From positions 1-60,573 of the forward strand of contig JBNAVB010000002.1 of assembly GCA_049699715.1 (NCBI GenBank): DNA of 60,573 nt, read 5' to 3'. Each line of letters opens with the position of its first letter. Within the stretch, counting starts at the first letter, position 1. This DNA comes from Candidatus Pacearchaeota archaeon. GTDB taxonomy: Archaea; Nanobdellota; Nanobdellia; Pacearchaeales; UBA284. Shown here one piece after another: positions 36,640 to 45,342 of this stretch. The notes beneath the pieces were generated by a model. That model saw nothing but the letters and a program-made list of their open reading frames with translations. It had not been told where the DNA came from and did not search any database. The position numbers were made by a program, and so were the translations under genes.

Positions 36640-38040
36640 CTATCCTTTTTTTCTCTGGCTATATTTTTTTGTCTGCCTTGATTGCTCTTTCTGTTTGTCG
36701 CTTTCTATCCTTGCCTTAAGCGCAACATAATTCACAGGATTCTTGATTTTCCTACATAAAAAATCAGGCATGCAGGCTTGTATATCTTTATACCAGCTCG
36801 TGGTATTGTCCACATTGCAGTTCGGCGGCAGTCTCGTTTCCTGTTTCTTAAACCAGTTCAATTGCGTTCCAATATAATTTTCTTTCAATGGCTTGTAGTT
36901 AACCTTGTTCCATTCTCGCAACCTTTTCTCCACATCTTCAAAACTCAAACCAAGAGACCTCAAAAAATTAATCAACACAAATAATGCTCTTTTCCTTCCG
37001 TCTTGTTTCATCCCTTGCAATATTATGCTGATGCAAGGGGGATACATTTCTTCATTTATGCTCGTGAATTTTATAGGAGCCCTTTCAATCTTTCGCTCCG
37101 CCACTTTTTCCTTCTCGTCTTTTCTTTTCTGCTCTTTCGCATGCCAGTCAAGCGCTTGGGTAAATAACTCTCGGGCTTCTTCAATTTCGGGCTCTGGAAT
37201 AAACTGTTTCACAATCACTCTGTCAGGCTTTGCCCATCCTGGATGAAACGCCTTAAGATGTTCGGGCCTCAAAACAATTGAAACTAGTCCGGTTCTTTCA
37301 TGCAGCGAATAAGCCATCCTGTATAGATGCCTCGAAGCTATCAATACTGTATCGATCTCGAGAATTGTGAAAGGGTCAAACTGGAAATCCTTGCCTATCA
37401 ACTGTTGCGGCTCTTTGCCAGCTGCCTTGGCAATTTCTTTGACACTAGAAATCTCAAGAATTCTTTTTCTTAAATCATCACGAATCATCTCTTTGAGATA
37501 AGCCGCAATCATTCTCGGCCCTTGCGGAAAAAAATCCTTTATTTTAACTCTTTGCACAACTTCCGGGAATGCTTTGTAACTTAGCCCAATATGGAATCCA
37601 GAGCCCCCAGAATATTTCAATCCAATGTTCTTGATTCCATGAAAATATAAAGCTTCGCAGAGTAGCCATGCCGCTATCTTGCTATATTCTATAAACTTGC
37701 AGTCAACGTCCAAAAGCAGATTCCATCCAACTCTCAATTTGTTCAATTGTTCCTCGCGCAAATCAGTGCTAATTTCAAGGGGGTTTCTCCAAATCTCCTC
37801 TGAGACATGAAAGCTTGTTGCGCCTTTCATGACAAGGTTCATAACATCCTGTGGATATTCAATAGTGTCAGGCCTTCTACCAAAGCCTTCAAAATATCTA
37901 GGCACAACTTCATGCGCGCCCTCACTGCCGCCGTCAGCCCCTCTGTTCAAGGCCCTCGCTTGATAAACTAGACAAGCCTGAACATCCTTCCTTGAATAAT
38001 ATCTCCAAGCAAGCTTCCTTAGCCTTTCTATATCCCCCAT
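36640..38040 (-). CDS. priS: DNA primase, PriS catalytic domain fused to a PriL-CTD-like Fe-S domain
   Basis: PriS motifs LLLDVDCKF, YSGGSGFHIGL and IASRHLYRMAYSLHERTG. The C-terminal part has YPPCISIILQG plus three more Cys (PPNC, QAC, FLC). Confidence 0.8.
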   Translation of the reverse strand: MGDIERLRKLAWRYYSRKDVQACLVYQARALNRGADGGSEGAHEVVPRYFEGFGRRPDTIEYPQDVMNLVMKGATSFHVSEEIWRNPLEISTDLREEQLNKLRVGWNLLLDVDCKFIEYSKIAAWLLCEALYFHGIKNIGLKYSGGSGFHIGLSYKAFPEVVQRVKIKDFFPQGPRMIAAYLKEMIRDDLRKRILEISSVKEIAKAAGKEPQQLIGKDFQFDPFTILEIDTVLIASRHLYRMAYSLHERTGLVSIVLRPEHLKAFHPGWAKPDRVIVKQFIPEPEIEEARELFTQALDWHAKEQKRKDEKEKVAERKIERAPIKFTSINEEMYPPCISIILQGMKQDGRKRALFVLINFLRSLGLSFEDVEKRLREWNKVNYKPLKENYIGTQLNWFKKQETRLPPNCNVDNTTSWYKDIQACMPDFLCRKIKNPVNYVALKARIESDKQKEQSRQTKKYSQRKKG

Positions 38041-38076
38041 TTTATTGCTTCACTAATTTAATCAATTAAATTAATC

Positions 38077-38160
38077 AAATTATTTAAATAAAAGCGATTA
38101 AATTATTTAAATAATTATTCGTGATAAAACATAATAAAATTAGGATAAAACATAATAAAA
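38077..38160. repeat. two pairs of direct repeats in a very AT-rich intergenic region
   Basis: AAATTATTTAAATA at 38077-38090 and 38100-38113. GATAAAACATAATAAAA at 38123-38139 and 38144-38160 (21-nt register). Confidence 0.85.
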
Positions 38161-38224
38161 GGATAGCTTAAAAAACTTGATTTAATAAATTAAATTTTTG
38201 GTAGATTTTTAAAAATTAAAAGGC

Positions 38225-39211
38225 CTATTCAGAATTATACAGAACTTTCAATCTCCCACTCTCTTCTTTTTTTACTCGGACGCTTCCTTTTTCTTTTTTG
38301 AATAACCAAAGACATCCGCTAGTTTTGACCCCCTTAAAATAAAAGTGATTTTTTAAAAGTCCCTTATCTTTCATCCCGGTTCTTACCTGCAAGGACGGAT
38401 AAAACTCTAATCGGAAAGGTTCTATGGCCATCTCTATCTTGCTGTAATAGCTGTAAATATCATCATAAATATAATCCCATTTCCCCATCATCTCGTTTCC
38501 ATAAAAATAGCAAGGGCTTTCTGACATACTTTTTGAATCAACACTAAACAACACCTCTACACTTGGTTCCCCTCTCACCAGATAGAATCCATTGCTGCCG
38601 AGTCTATCCCCTCTTGATATCGAAGCATTTTCACTTCTAGAATAATTTTTGGCGTTTATTTTTATATCAATGTTCTTTCCATCAACGTTCAGATTTTTTG
38701 TATAGCTTTCACCGGCATTAAGATCTATACTTAAGTCTAATATCTTTTTTTCTATGTTTAATTTGTCTAGGATTCGAGCGTACATCCCTGCGGCGCTCCA
38801 TTTTCCCCTTTTTAAATTTGAAAGCACCAAGTCTAAATTTTTTGATTCCCCTTCATGTATAGTTATATTCTCACTATAAGAAAGTACATCATCCTTACTG
38901 ATACAAAAGCTACTGCCATAAACGCTTAGGTCTAAATGATACGTTCCAGGGGTAAGGTTGTCAAATGTAATTTTTCCAATATAATAATCCATGTAACCAG
39001 CTTCGGCTTTCTTTAGTATCTTCTTAAGCTGCTCTTCAGATTTTATTGTAACAACCCCCTGTACCGCATCGGATTTGCATAATTCCGCAATACCCCTGCA
39101 AGTTCTTTCAAACTGCCGAAGATATATAACCAGAGATTCTCCATACATTAACAGCGGGCTAAGAAATAAAATTAACCCTTTTCTGAAATTTTTCATATTT
39201 AAAGATATCAC
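38225..39211 (-). CDS. secreted hypothetical protein (328 aa)
   Basis: N-terminal hydrophobic segment. The beta-rich body includes a GKITFDNLTPGTYHLDLSVYG motif, resembling a carboxypeptidase-regulatory-like fold. Confidence 0.55.
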   Translation of the reverse strand: MISLNMKNFRKGLILFLSPLLMYGESLVIYLRQFERTCRGIAELCKSDAVQGVVTIKSEEQLKKILKKAEAGYMDYYIGKITFDNLTPGTYHLDLSVYGSSFCISKDDVLSYSENITIHEGESKNLDLVLSNLKRGKWSAAGMYARILDKLNIEKKILDLSIDLNAGESYTKNLNVDGKNIDIKINAKNYSRSENASISRGDRLGSNGFYLVRGEPSVEVLFSVDSKSMSESPCYFYGNEMMGKWDYIYDDIYSYYSKIEMAIEPFRLEFYPSLQVRTGMKDKGLLKNHFYFKGVKTSGCLWLFKKEKGSVRVKKEESGRLKVLYNSE

Positions 39212-39349
39212 TATATATTTTTAAATTTTACTTTTCTAAAAATAAAACATAACAAATAATCATAACAAACTTTAAAAACTTCTAAATTCTAAAAATCTTG
39301 AAATAAAAAAGGCGAGGTTAACCAATAAAAAAGAATAGTCCAAACAAAA

Positions 39350-40090
39350 ATGTTACTAAAATTAGATAATCCTAAACTCTTAGCAGACAGCATCTCTTTG
39401 CTCAGCGAGCTTGTGCTAGAAGTAAAAGCAAAAATATCGAAGCAAGGCATGGAAATCACAGCGATTGATCCTGCAAATGTTGCTTTAGTTTCCTTAAAAA
39501 TCCCCTCGCAAGCATTCTCACAGATTGAGGTGGAGAAGGACGAAGAGGAAATAGGGATAAATCTCGAGGATTTCAAGCAAGTCTTGAGGAGAGTAGCAAG
39601 TGGCTCGAACCTAATAATAGAAAGGCAAGACAATATGCTTAAGCTTAAAGTCCAAGAAAAGTCAAAGCGCGGTTTCAATCTCGCTCTAATAAGCCTCGAT
39701 GCCGAAGAAAAGAAGATTCCTGCATTGAGTTTTGCGTCAAAGATAGAGATGGACTCAGAAGCATTTGCAGAAGCCATCAATGATGCAGCAATAGTCGCTG
39801 ACTCAACCGCGTTCATTGCTTCAAGCAATTCATTCGCGATAGAAGCAAAAGGTACTCTAAATAGCGCGAAGACAGAATTCAGCAATGAGGAAGTTTTAAT
39901 AGCATCAGAACAAGAAACTAAAGCTAAGTACTCTTTGGACTATCTTGTCAAGTTTGCAAAGGCCTCGAAACTTGCAGATAAGGTGAAAATCAACTTCGCC
40001 ACAGATTATCCCGCGCGTTTAGATTTCAAGAGCAAGGAAAATCCTATTGAGATTTCATTCATTCTGGCGCCAAGAGTAGAGGAAGAATAA
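39350..40090 (+). CDS. pcn: DNA polymerase sliding clamp PCNA
   Basis: 246 aa with a two-domain PCNA pattern, KYSLDYLVKFAKA, and an acidic C-terminus LAPRVEEE. Confidence 0.9.
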   Translation: MLLKLDNPKLLADSISLLSELVLEVKAKISKQGMEITAIDPANVALVSLKIPSQAFSQIEVEKDEEEIGINLEDFKQVLRRVASGSNLIIERQDNMLKLKVQEKSKRGFNLALISLDAEEKKIPALSFASKIEMDSEAFAEAINDAAIVADSTAFIASSNSFAIEAKGTLNSAKTEFSNEEVLIASEQETKAKYSLDYLVKFAKASKLADKVKINFATDYPARLDFKSKENPIEISFILAPRVEEE

Positions 40091-40183
40091 AAATTGAAGA
40101 GTAGAACAAGAGCTCGAGAATAGAGAAGAGTAAAAAAATTAAGATAAAGGCAGAAGAGAAAAAATAAAAGAAAAAAGAGCAGG

Positions 40184-40738
40184 ATGGTTAATAAAGTTTT
40201 GATATTTTTAATTGCAATAGTTTTTCTTTTCGGAATTTTGTTTATGGTTGGGGCATTTGATAAAGCATTTAAATCAAATGCATCAATTGAATCATCACAA
40301 CCACAAACACAATCGCAACAAAGGTCATCATCAGAAATTGTTATAACAGGCAAGTTTGACTTGGAGCAAGGAAAGCCTTATTTCATTAGTGCAACACAAG
40401 ACTGGGACAGATGGACCTATGTTGGAAAGGTGCCTGAAAGAGTGACGTTTGAGTTGAAGTATATAAACCCAACGCAGAGAACTAATTATCTTGTTCTTCC
40501 TTTAGACACGACAATTGCCACAGCAAAGGACTTATGCGAGGCAAAAGCAGATAATGGTCAAGCCTTAATGAGTGACGATGATAACATTGGCTACTGGGAT
40601 ACCCTTAAACAAGAAATAATTACTCCTGCGCCTGATTGTTTTGAAATTAAAAATGTTCCTGGTCGTGACTTTAATCTTGAAGCAGGAAAGATTTATAGAA
40701 TAACTGTGCCAGGTGATAGAACTTGGACACAGATATAA
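40184..40738 (+). CDS. secreted/anchored hypothetical protein (184 aa)
   Basis: N-terminal TM VLIFLIAIVFLFGILFMVGAF followed by a Q/S-rich linker. First gene of the plus-strand cluster. Confidence 0.55.
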   Translation: MVNKVLIFLIAIVFLFGILFMVGAFDKAFKSNASIESSQPQTQSQQRSSSEIVITGKFDLEQGKPYFISATQDWDRWTYVGKVPERVTFELKYINPTQRTNYLVLPLDTTIATAKDLCEAKADNGQALMSDDDNIGYWDTLKQEIITPAPDCFEIKNVPGRDFNLEAGKIYRITVPGDRTWTQI

Positions 40739-40790
40739 CTATTAAGTAGTGAAACGAAAAGTTTAAATAGTTTTATCAGTTTATTTATAG

Positions 40791-41786
40791 ATGGGAATTG
40801 GAAAATCTTTGATTACAGTTGGATTAATTGGATTAATTTCAGAAGTTTCAGCGCAAACAATAAGGCAAAGGGTTTGGGATGCTCATAACGGAACAAGTTC
40901 TAATGGAACAATTGTTAATTGTTGGGTGAATAATGGCAGTTCTGGAGTTCAAAAAGATACTGTTGGTATTTATGGCACTTGGTGGGTTAGTGCAGCTAAT
41001 TTTGTTCCACCTCCGAATGCAGGCGACACAATCAAGTCAGTTGATACTTTGGATTATGGCGGGGCAATTTACACAGGAAGAATGAGAGCAATTTATGATA
41101 ATGCAAATTTGACTATTCCTACAGGCTTTCTTGATGACCCTAACAAAAGTATTATTGCCTTGAGTGTTGGAGCTAATAAAGTCAAGAATAGAAGTTCAAG
41201 GTCACAATATACAATGAATGCAAAAGGATGGTTGCAGAAGAACCCTAATCAAAAAATACAGTTCATTAATTATTTTAGAAGGGCTCTAGGGCAAGATAGT
41301 TTAGCTATTGACACCACAGACATTCATAACCAGCTTTATTTCAATCTTGAAAAACAAGATTCAATTTGGCAGCAAGGCGAGAATCTTGTGGCTCAAGTCT
41401 ATCAGATTAAAGGCGACACAACTTGGTTTCAAAAGTTCTTGTTGCCTATTGACACTACAAAATATGGCAGAGCTTCTATAGTTGATTCTTTAAGATACAC
41501 TGGCGATTCTCTTGTTATAGGTGTTGTTGAGGAAAACGGATTGGAGAATATAGCAAGAGATGCAAGACTGATTAAAGGCCCGAGCATTGTTAGAGGTGGA
41601 AGCGACATTGTCTTGAATTGTGAAGGAGATTATTATTTATGCAATTCTTGTGGGAGTGTTGTTTCTAAAGGAAAAGGCAATAAGATTAATACTTGTGGCT
41701 TGACTAATGGCGCTTACTTTGTTTTTATAAAGCCAAAAGATGGCAAAAAATTATTGAAGCCAGAGAAGATTGTTAAGATTGAATAA
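40791..41786 (+). CDS. secreted protein (331 aa) with T9SS-like C-terminal beta-sandwich tail
   Basis: Signal peptide ending SEVSAQT. The last roughly 75 aa (IVRGGSDIVLNCEGDYYL.NS.GSVVSKGKGNKINTCGLTNGAYFVFIKPKDGKKLLKPEKIVKIE) follow the Por_Secre_tail pattern. Confidence 0.6.
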   Translation: MGIGKSLITVGLIGLISEVSAQTIRQRVWDAHNGTSSNGTIVNCWVNNGSSGVQKDTVGIYGTWWVSAANFVPPPNAGDTIKSVDTLDYGGAIYTGRMRAIYDNANLTIPTGFLDDPNKSIIALSVGANKVKNRSSRSQYTMNAKGWLQKNPNQKIQFINYFRRALGQDSLAIDTTDIHNQLYFNLEKQDSIWQQGENLVAQVYQIKGDTTWFQKFLLPIDTTKYGRASIVDSLRYTGDSLVIGVVEENGLENIARDARLIKGPSIVRGGSDIVLNCEGDYYLCNSCGSVVSKGKGNKINTCGLTNGAYFVFIKPKDGKKLLKPEKIVKIE

Positions 41787-41841
41787 AAGAAGAGGGGGTT
41801 ATAAAGACAAGTCATAGCAAATTATATATAGTATATTGTAC

Positions 41842-41860
41842 AAGAATAAGTTTTATAAAT
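41842..41860 (+). promoter_or_regulatory. conserved promoter box AAGAATAAGTTTTATAAAT (copy 1)
   Basis: Identical 19-mer also at 45324-45342. The TATA-like TTTTATAAAT ends about 20 nt before ATG 41881. Confidence 0.55.
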
Positions 41861-41880
41861 CCCCGGTTGCTTGTTAAAAA

Positions 41881-42648
41881 ATGATTAAAAGAGGCATTCA
41901 ATACAACAGTCAAAACAAAAAAGCCCAGGTTACTTTGTTTATTATTATTGCAATTGTCGTGATTGCTCTGATTCTCTTAACTATATTTTTGACAGGCGGC
42001 TTCAAAACAGTATTTACTCAGGCCGAGATCGCACAAGTCAAAAGCTACTTAGATGATTGTTTCAAATCAAAGACGCAACAAGGCATCTTGTTTATAGCAA
42101 GACAAGGCGGCTACAACACATTGCCGGAAGCAAGCATAAACTTTATTGATGAGAAAACAGCGTATTACTGGAAAGCTAATCAAACTCTAGTGCCAAGCAT
42201 TTCGACAGTTGAATCTGAACTGGCTTCATGGCTTGATGTCAATGCAAGAGATTGCTTAAAAATGCCCGGCTATGCCTTGACTGTCAAAACATGCAAAACA
42301 CAAGTTGAAATAGAAGATGTTACCAAAGCCATTTTCGATTGTCCCGTGACAATACAGAAAGGCATGGCTACTACACAGTTTAAAGATTTCAATGTTGAAA
42401 TCGAAGCGCCCGTAACAAAGCTGCTTGGTGTTTCATCACAGGTGGTTGATGAATACAAAAAACAAAAAGGTTTTTTGAATTTGGACTCTTTAGAAAATGT
42501 CTCTTCTGAAAATAATGTATTTATTCATGCAGTTCCTGTAGCAAATATCAGCCCTTTTCCTGATTTTATCTGGTTTATCATTCAAGACAACGAAAAACCC
42601 TTAATAGAGGAAAAGAATTTAACGTGGAGGTTTGTGGTAGAATATTAA
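41881..42648 (+). CDS. type IV pilin-like protein with class III signal peptide (255 aa)
   Basis: MIKRGIQYNSQNKKA|QVTLFIIIAIVVIALILL: a basic residue, then G/A, then Q at +1, then a hydrophobic helix. This is the archaeal prepilin peptidase substrate pattern. Confidence 0.6.
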   Translation: MIKRGIQYNSQNKKAQVTLFIIIAIVVIALILLTIFLTGGFKTVFTQAEIAQVKSYLDDCFKSKTQQGILFIARQGGYNTLPEASINFIDEKTAYYWKANQTLVPSISTVESELASWLDVNARDCLKMPGYALTVKTCKTQVEIEDVTKAIFDCPVTIQKGMATTQFKDFNVEIEAPVTKLLGVSSQVVDEYKKQKGFLNLDSLENVSSENNVFIHAVPVANISPFPDFIWFIIQDNEKPLIEEKNLTWRFVVEY

Positions 42649-42680
42649 ATTGCAATGTTTAAGTTTGTGACGTAATAAAA

Positions 42681-43934
42681 ATGATAAAAATAAATCCAGA
42701 AAAAGCACATACGAAATTTAAGTTTTGGGCTCTATTCCTTGTATTCATCGTTACATTGATTGTAGTGATCATTCCTATAATTAAGGCCCAGTATAATATG
42801 CAATCAAATGTTATTCCTTTTGCAGAATGTAATAGAAGAAGCACAACCCCGATGTGGAGTGAGTTATGTCTAAGAAATAGTGGTTTGGCGAAAATATTTG
42901 AAAATTGCGCACTGGCATACAGGGGCGCGGCAAATACTAGATCTTTTATAAGTGATATTATTGATGAAGTATCTTTTGAAAATACTATTCCCCAGTGTAC
43001 TGTTCCAAAAAACCTGGCCACTCCTCAAGAACTTGAAGCAACAAAACAAGCCTATAGGATCTGCCTTTCGAACACCATCCGGGGAGTTATTTCGTTTCAT
43101 ATAGATACTAACCATAATCTAATTGTTTATAGCAGCGACGCGCTTATTAATGATACAGTTTTACAGTTTTACATGGCCCCAACAGAAATTGAACTCATAA
43201 ATGATACGCGAGTAAAATATAACATAAGAGGCTTAGCTATCCCTAAAATAAATATAACTAATACCACAAATTTTCGCTTTAGCGACAAGTATGGCGGTTC
43301 TGAAAATCTCAATGTAGTTTTTGATAATCCTTCTCATTATGTTGTTATAAATGAAAACGAGATATGTGGAAACAATTTTATAATCGAAGGCCTTCGTTGC
43401 AAAGGGGTAGGTAACGAAGGATGTGTAATTTTTTATAACAAAGAACTTTCAATCATTTTACCGAATACAACTGTAGAAAATTATCTTTCTATTCTTGGAC
43501 CTATTACTTTTGGTCCATTTAATGAGCCCTTTAACGTTGGTCAAAATTTATTAGGGAGCCAAAAAATTGGCAATTCTATTAATTTTGTTAAAAAAGAAAA
43601 CATTCCAATAATTCAGATCAATAACAAGGATTATCTAGGGTTAGCAACTGTAATAATAGGAAAACTAAATATCATAAGTCAGGGCCAGGTTGTTGGTGTC
43701 ACTAAAGAAGATAAACTCTTGAAGCCTCAAGAAATTTCTTTAGAAGGCGAATATTTTTTAATCGAAAAATATCTTTTTAACAAGAAGCTTGGAAAAAACA
43801 TCCTAGTGAAATCTTATCTAATACAGCCAGAAAAAGGCTTCTCGACTCTTTATAAAGAAGGAGGGAACTTTAAAGTTAAAGTGCCAGATGATTACAAAGG
43901 CCTCAAGAAAATTGTAGAAAGTTATTATAGATAG
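42681..43934 (+). CDS. anchored hypothetical protein (417 aa)
   Basis: N-terminal TM FWALFLVFIVTLIVVIIPII. It starts 32 nt after the pilin-like gene. Confidence 0.55.
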   Translation: MIKINPEKAHTKFKFWALFLVFIVTLIVVIIPIIKAQYNMQSNVIPFAECNRRSTTPMWSELCLRNSGLAKIFENCALAYRGAANTRSFISDIIDEVSFENTIPQCTVPKNLATPQELEATKQAYRICLSNTIRGVISFHIDTNHNLIVYSSDALINDTVLQFYMAPTEIELINDTRVKYNIRGLAIPKINITNTTNFRFSDKYGGSENLNVVFDNPSHYVVINENEICGNNFIIEGLRCKGVGNEGCVIFYNKELSIILPNTTVENYLSILGPITFGPFNEPFNVGQNLLGSQKIGNSINFVKKENIPIIQINNKDYLGLATVIIGKLNIISQGQVVGVTKEDKLLKPQEISLEGEYFLIEKYLFNKKLGKNILVKSYLIQPEKGFSTLYKEGGNFKVKVPDDYKGLKKIVESYYR

Positions 43935-44032
43935 TTCTTATTTCTAACGCATCACATTTTTCTTTCCATTGTCATTCAATAAATTTAATTTTTTTGAATT
44001 TTTCTGGCATTTTAATAACCTTTTCCTTTATC

Positions 44033-44060
44033 ATGAACAAGAAAGTATGAACAAGAAAGT
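44033..44060. repeat. perfect 14-nt tandem duplication ATGAACAAGAAAGT x2
   Basis: Read directly. Confidence 0.9.
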
Positions 44061-44076
44061 ACAATTCATGAAACTT

Positions 44077-44108
44077 TTGACTTTATTTTGACTTTATATT
44101 TGACTTTA
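44077..44108. repeat. TTGACTTTA x3 at 11-12-nt register
   Basis: Copies at 44077, 44088 and 44100, between convergent genes. Confidence 0.85.
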
Positions 44109-44137
44109 GCTGTAAGAGAGCGCCCCTTTTTTTATTC

Positions 44138-44854
44138 TTATTCATTATTATAAGGATTATTATAAGGAATTACTAGTATCTGATTTAATTTTTCTTCTTC
44201 AAGAGCTCGCCAATAAAGAGAGTAATAAAAATACACAAGGGGGTCTTTTTCTTTTTTTGCTATAAGCCATAACAAATAGTAACTATCAATTTTTCCAGGA
44301 ATATCCTCTATTTTTTCTGCTATCTCTGTAGCTTTTTTTGCATATTCTTTAGCTTTCTTCAAATTCTTATTAAGATAAAGCGCACCTTTTGAAACATAAC
44401 AATCTATAATCCCCTCTAAAAAATTAATCTTTTTATAACCTCTTTCTGCTTTATTAATACTATTCAAAACATCCTCAAAATTTCTTCCTGAAAATTTCCC
44501 CAAATAATTTACAAAAGCTGTTCTGGTTTCTTTTTCAAAATTGGCCATTTTCATTTCTCCATCTATTCTTTTAATAATTTTTTTAGTGGAGTCTTTTGAG
44601 ATATTATTATTCAAACACCCCCTAACATAGAAAAATAAGATTCTGCTGTCTTCATTTTTAATAGCATAAGGGAAATTAAAAAACTCGCAAGCCGAATCTT
44701 CTTCCAATGCTCTTTCTAAATAAGATAAATTTTCTCTCAAAGAATTTAGTCTTTGTAAATCACTCGAGGAATTAATTGAGTCTGAGCCATTCATCAAATC
44801 AAGGCCTACCATACTTAATGTTCCTATAACCCTCAACAGGTTTTGTAGTTTCAT
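44138..44854 (-). CDS. hypothetical helical-repeat protein (238 aa), no signal peptide
   Basis: ORF with a TPR-like helical C-terminal half (KAKEYAKKATEIAEKIED...YYLLWLIAKK). It is the only minus-strand gene inside the plus-strand cluster. Confidence 0.5.
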   Translation of the reverse strand: MKLQNLLRVIGTLSMVGLDLMNGSDSINSSSDLQRLNSLRENLSYLERALEEDSACEFFNFPYAIKNEDSRILFFYVRGCLNNNISKDSTKKIIKRIDGEMKMANFEKETRTAFVNYLGKFSGRNFEDVLNSINKAERGYKKINFLEGIIDCYVSKGALYLNKNLKKAKEYAKKATEIAEKIEDIPGKIDSYYLLWLIAKKEKDPLVYFYYSLYWRALEEEKLNQILVIPYNNPYNNE

Positions 44855-45266
44855 TGTTTTTATAAAGAAATCAACTATTTAAATTTTTCTATTGATATTA
44901 CTTCAAAATAACTACAAATTAAAAACAAACAAAAAAACAAAAAAAACAAAAACAACAAATCAAAAAAAGCAATTGTTATCTTCTCTATTGTTTTGAAATT
45001 TAAATTCAAAGGCATTAACAATCAGATTCAACAATTAGATAATAGAAGATAATAGAAAAGCCCTTTAAAAAAGCCTTATTTAAAAATCCAATAAAAACCT
45101 AATAAAAAATAATAAAACGATAATCCAATAAAAGGTTATAGAAAAAGAAAGAAAAGTGAAAAAAAGAAAAGTGAAAAAGAAAGAAAAACAAGTTAAAACA
45201 AGTTATAAAAGCAAATCACAGCATTATAGTTATACGAGCTACATATTGATAAGATACGATTATTTA

Positions 45267-45325
45267 ACATTATTTTGTACAAATGTGACATTATTTTGTG
45301 CAAGATTTAATATTGTTTTGTAAAA
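45267..45325 (+). promoter_or_regulatory. three phased copies of A[C/T]ATT[A/G]TTTTGT[A/G][C/A]AA just upstream of the TATA box
   Basis: ACATTATTTTGTACAA at 45267, ACATTATTTTGTGCAA at 45288 and ATATTGTTTTGTAAAA at 45310 (21-22-nt spacing). A related ATATTGTACAA precedes the copy-1 promoter at about 41833. Confidence 0.45.
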
Positions 45326-45342
45326 GAATAAGTTTTATAAAT
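45324..45342 (+). promoter_or_regulatory. conserved promoter box AAGAATAAGTTTTATAAAT (copy 2)
   Basis: Identical to 41842-41860. Lies upstream of ATG 45373. Confidence 0.55.

Noticed and set aside
39289-39885. 198-aa minus-strand ORF
   Set aside because: It is fully antisense to the unmistakable PCNA gene and has a low-complexity S/A/F-rich translation.
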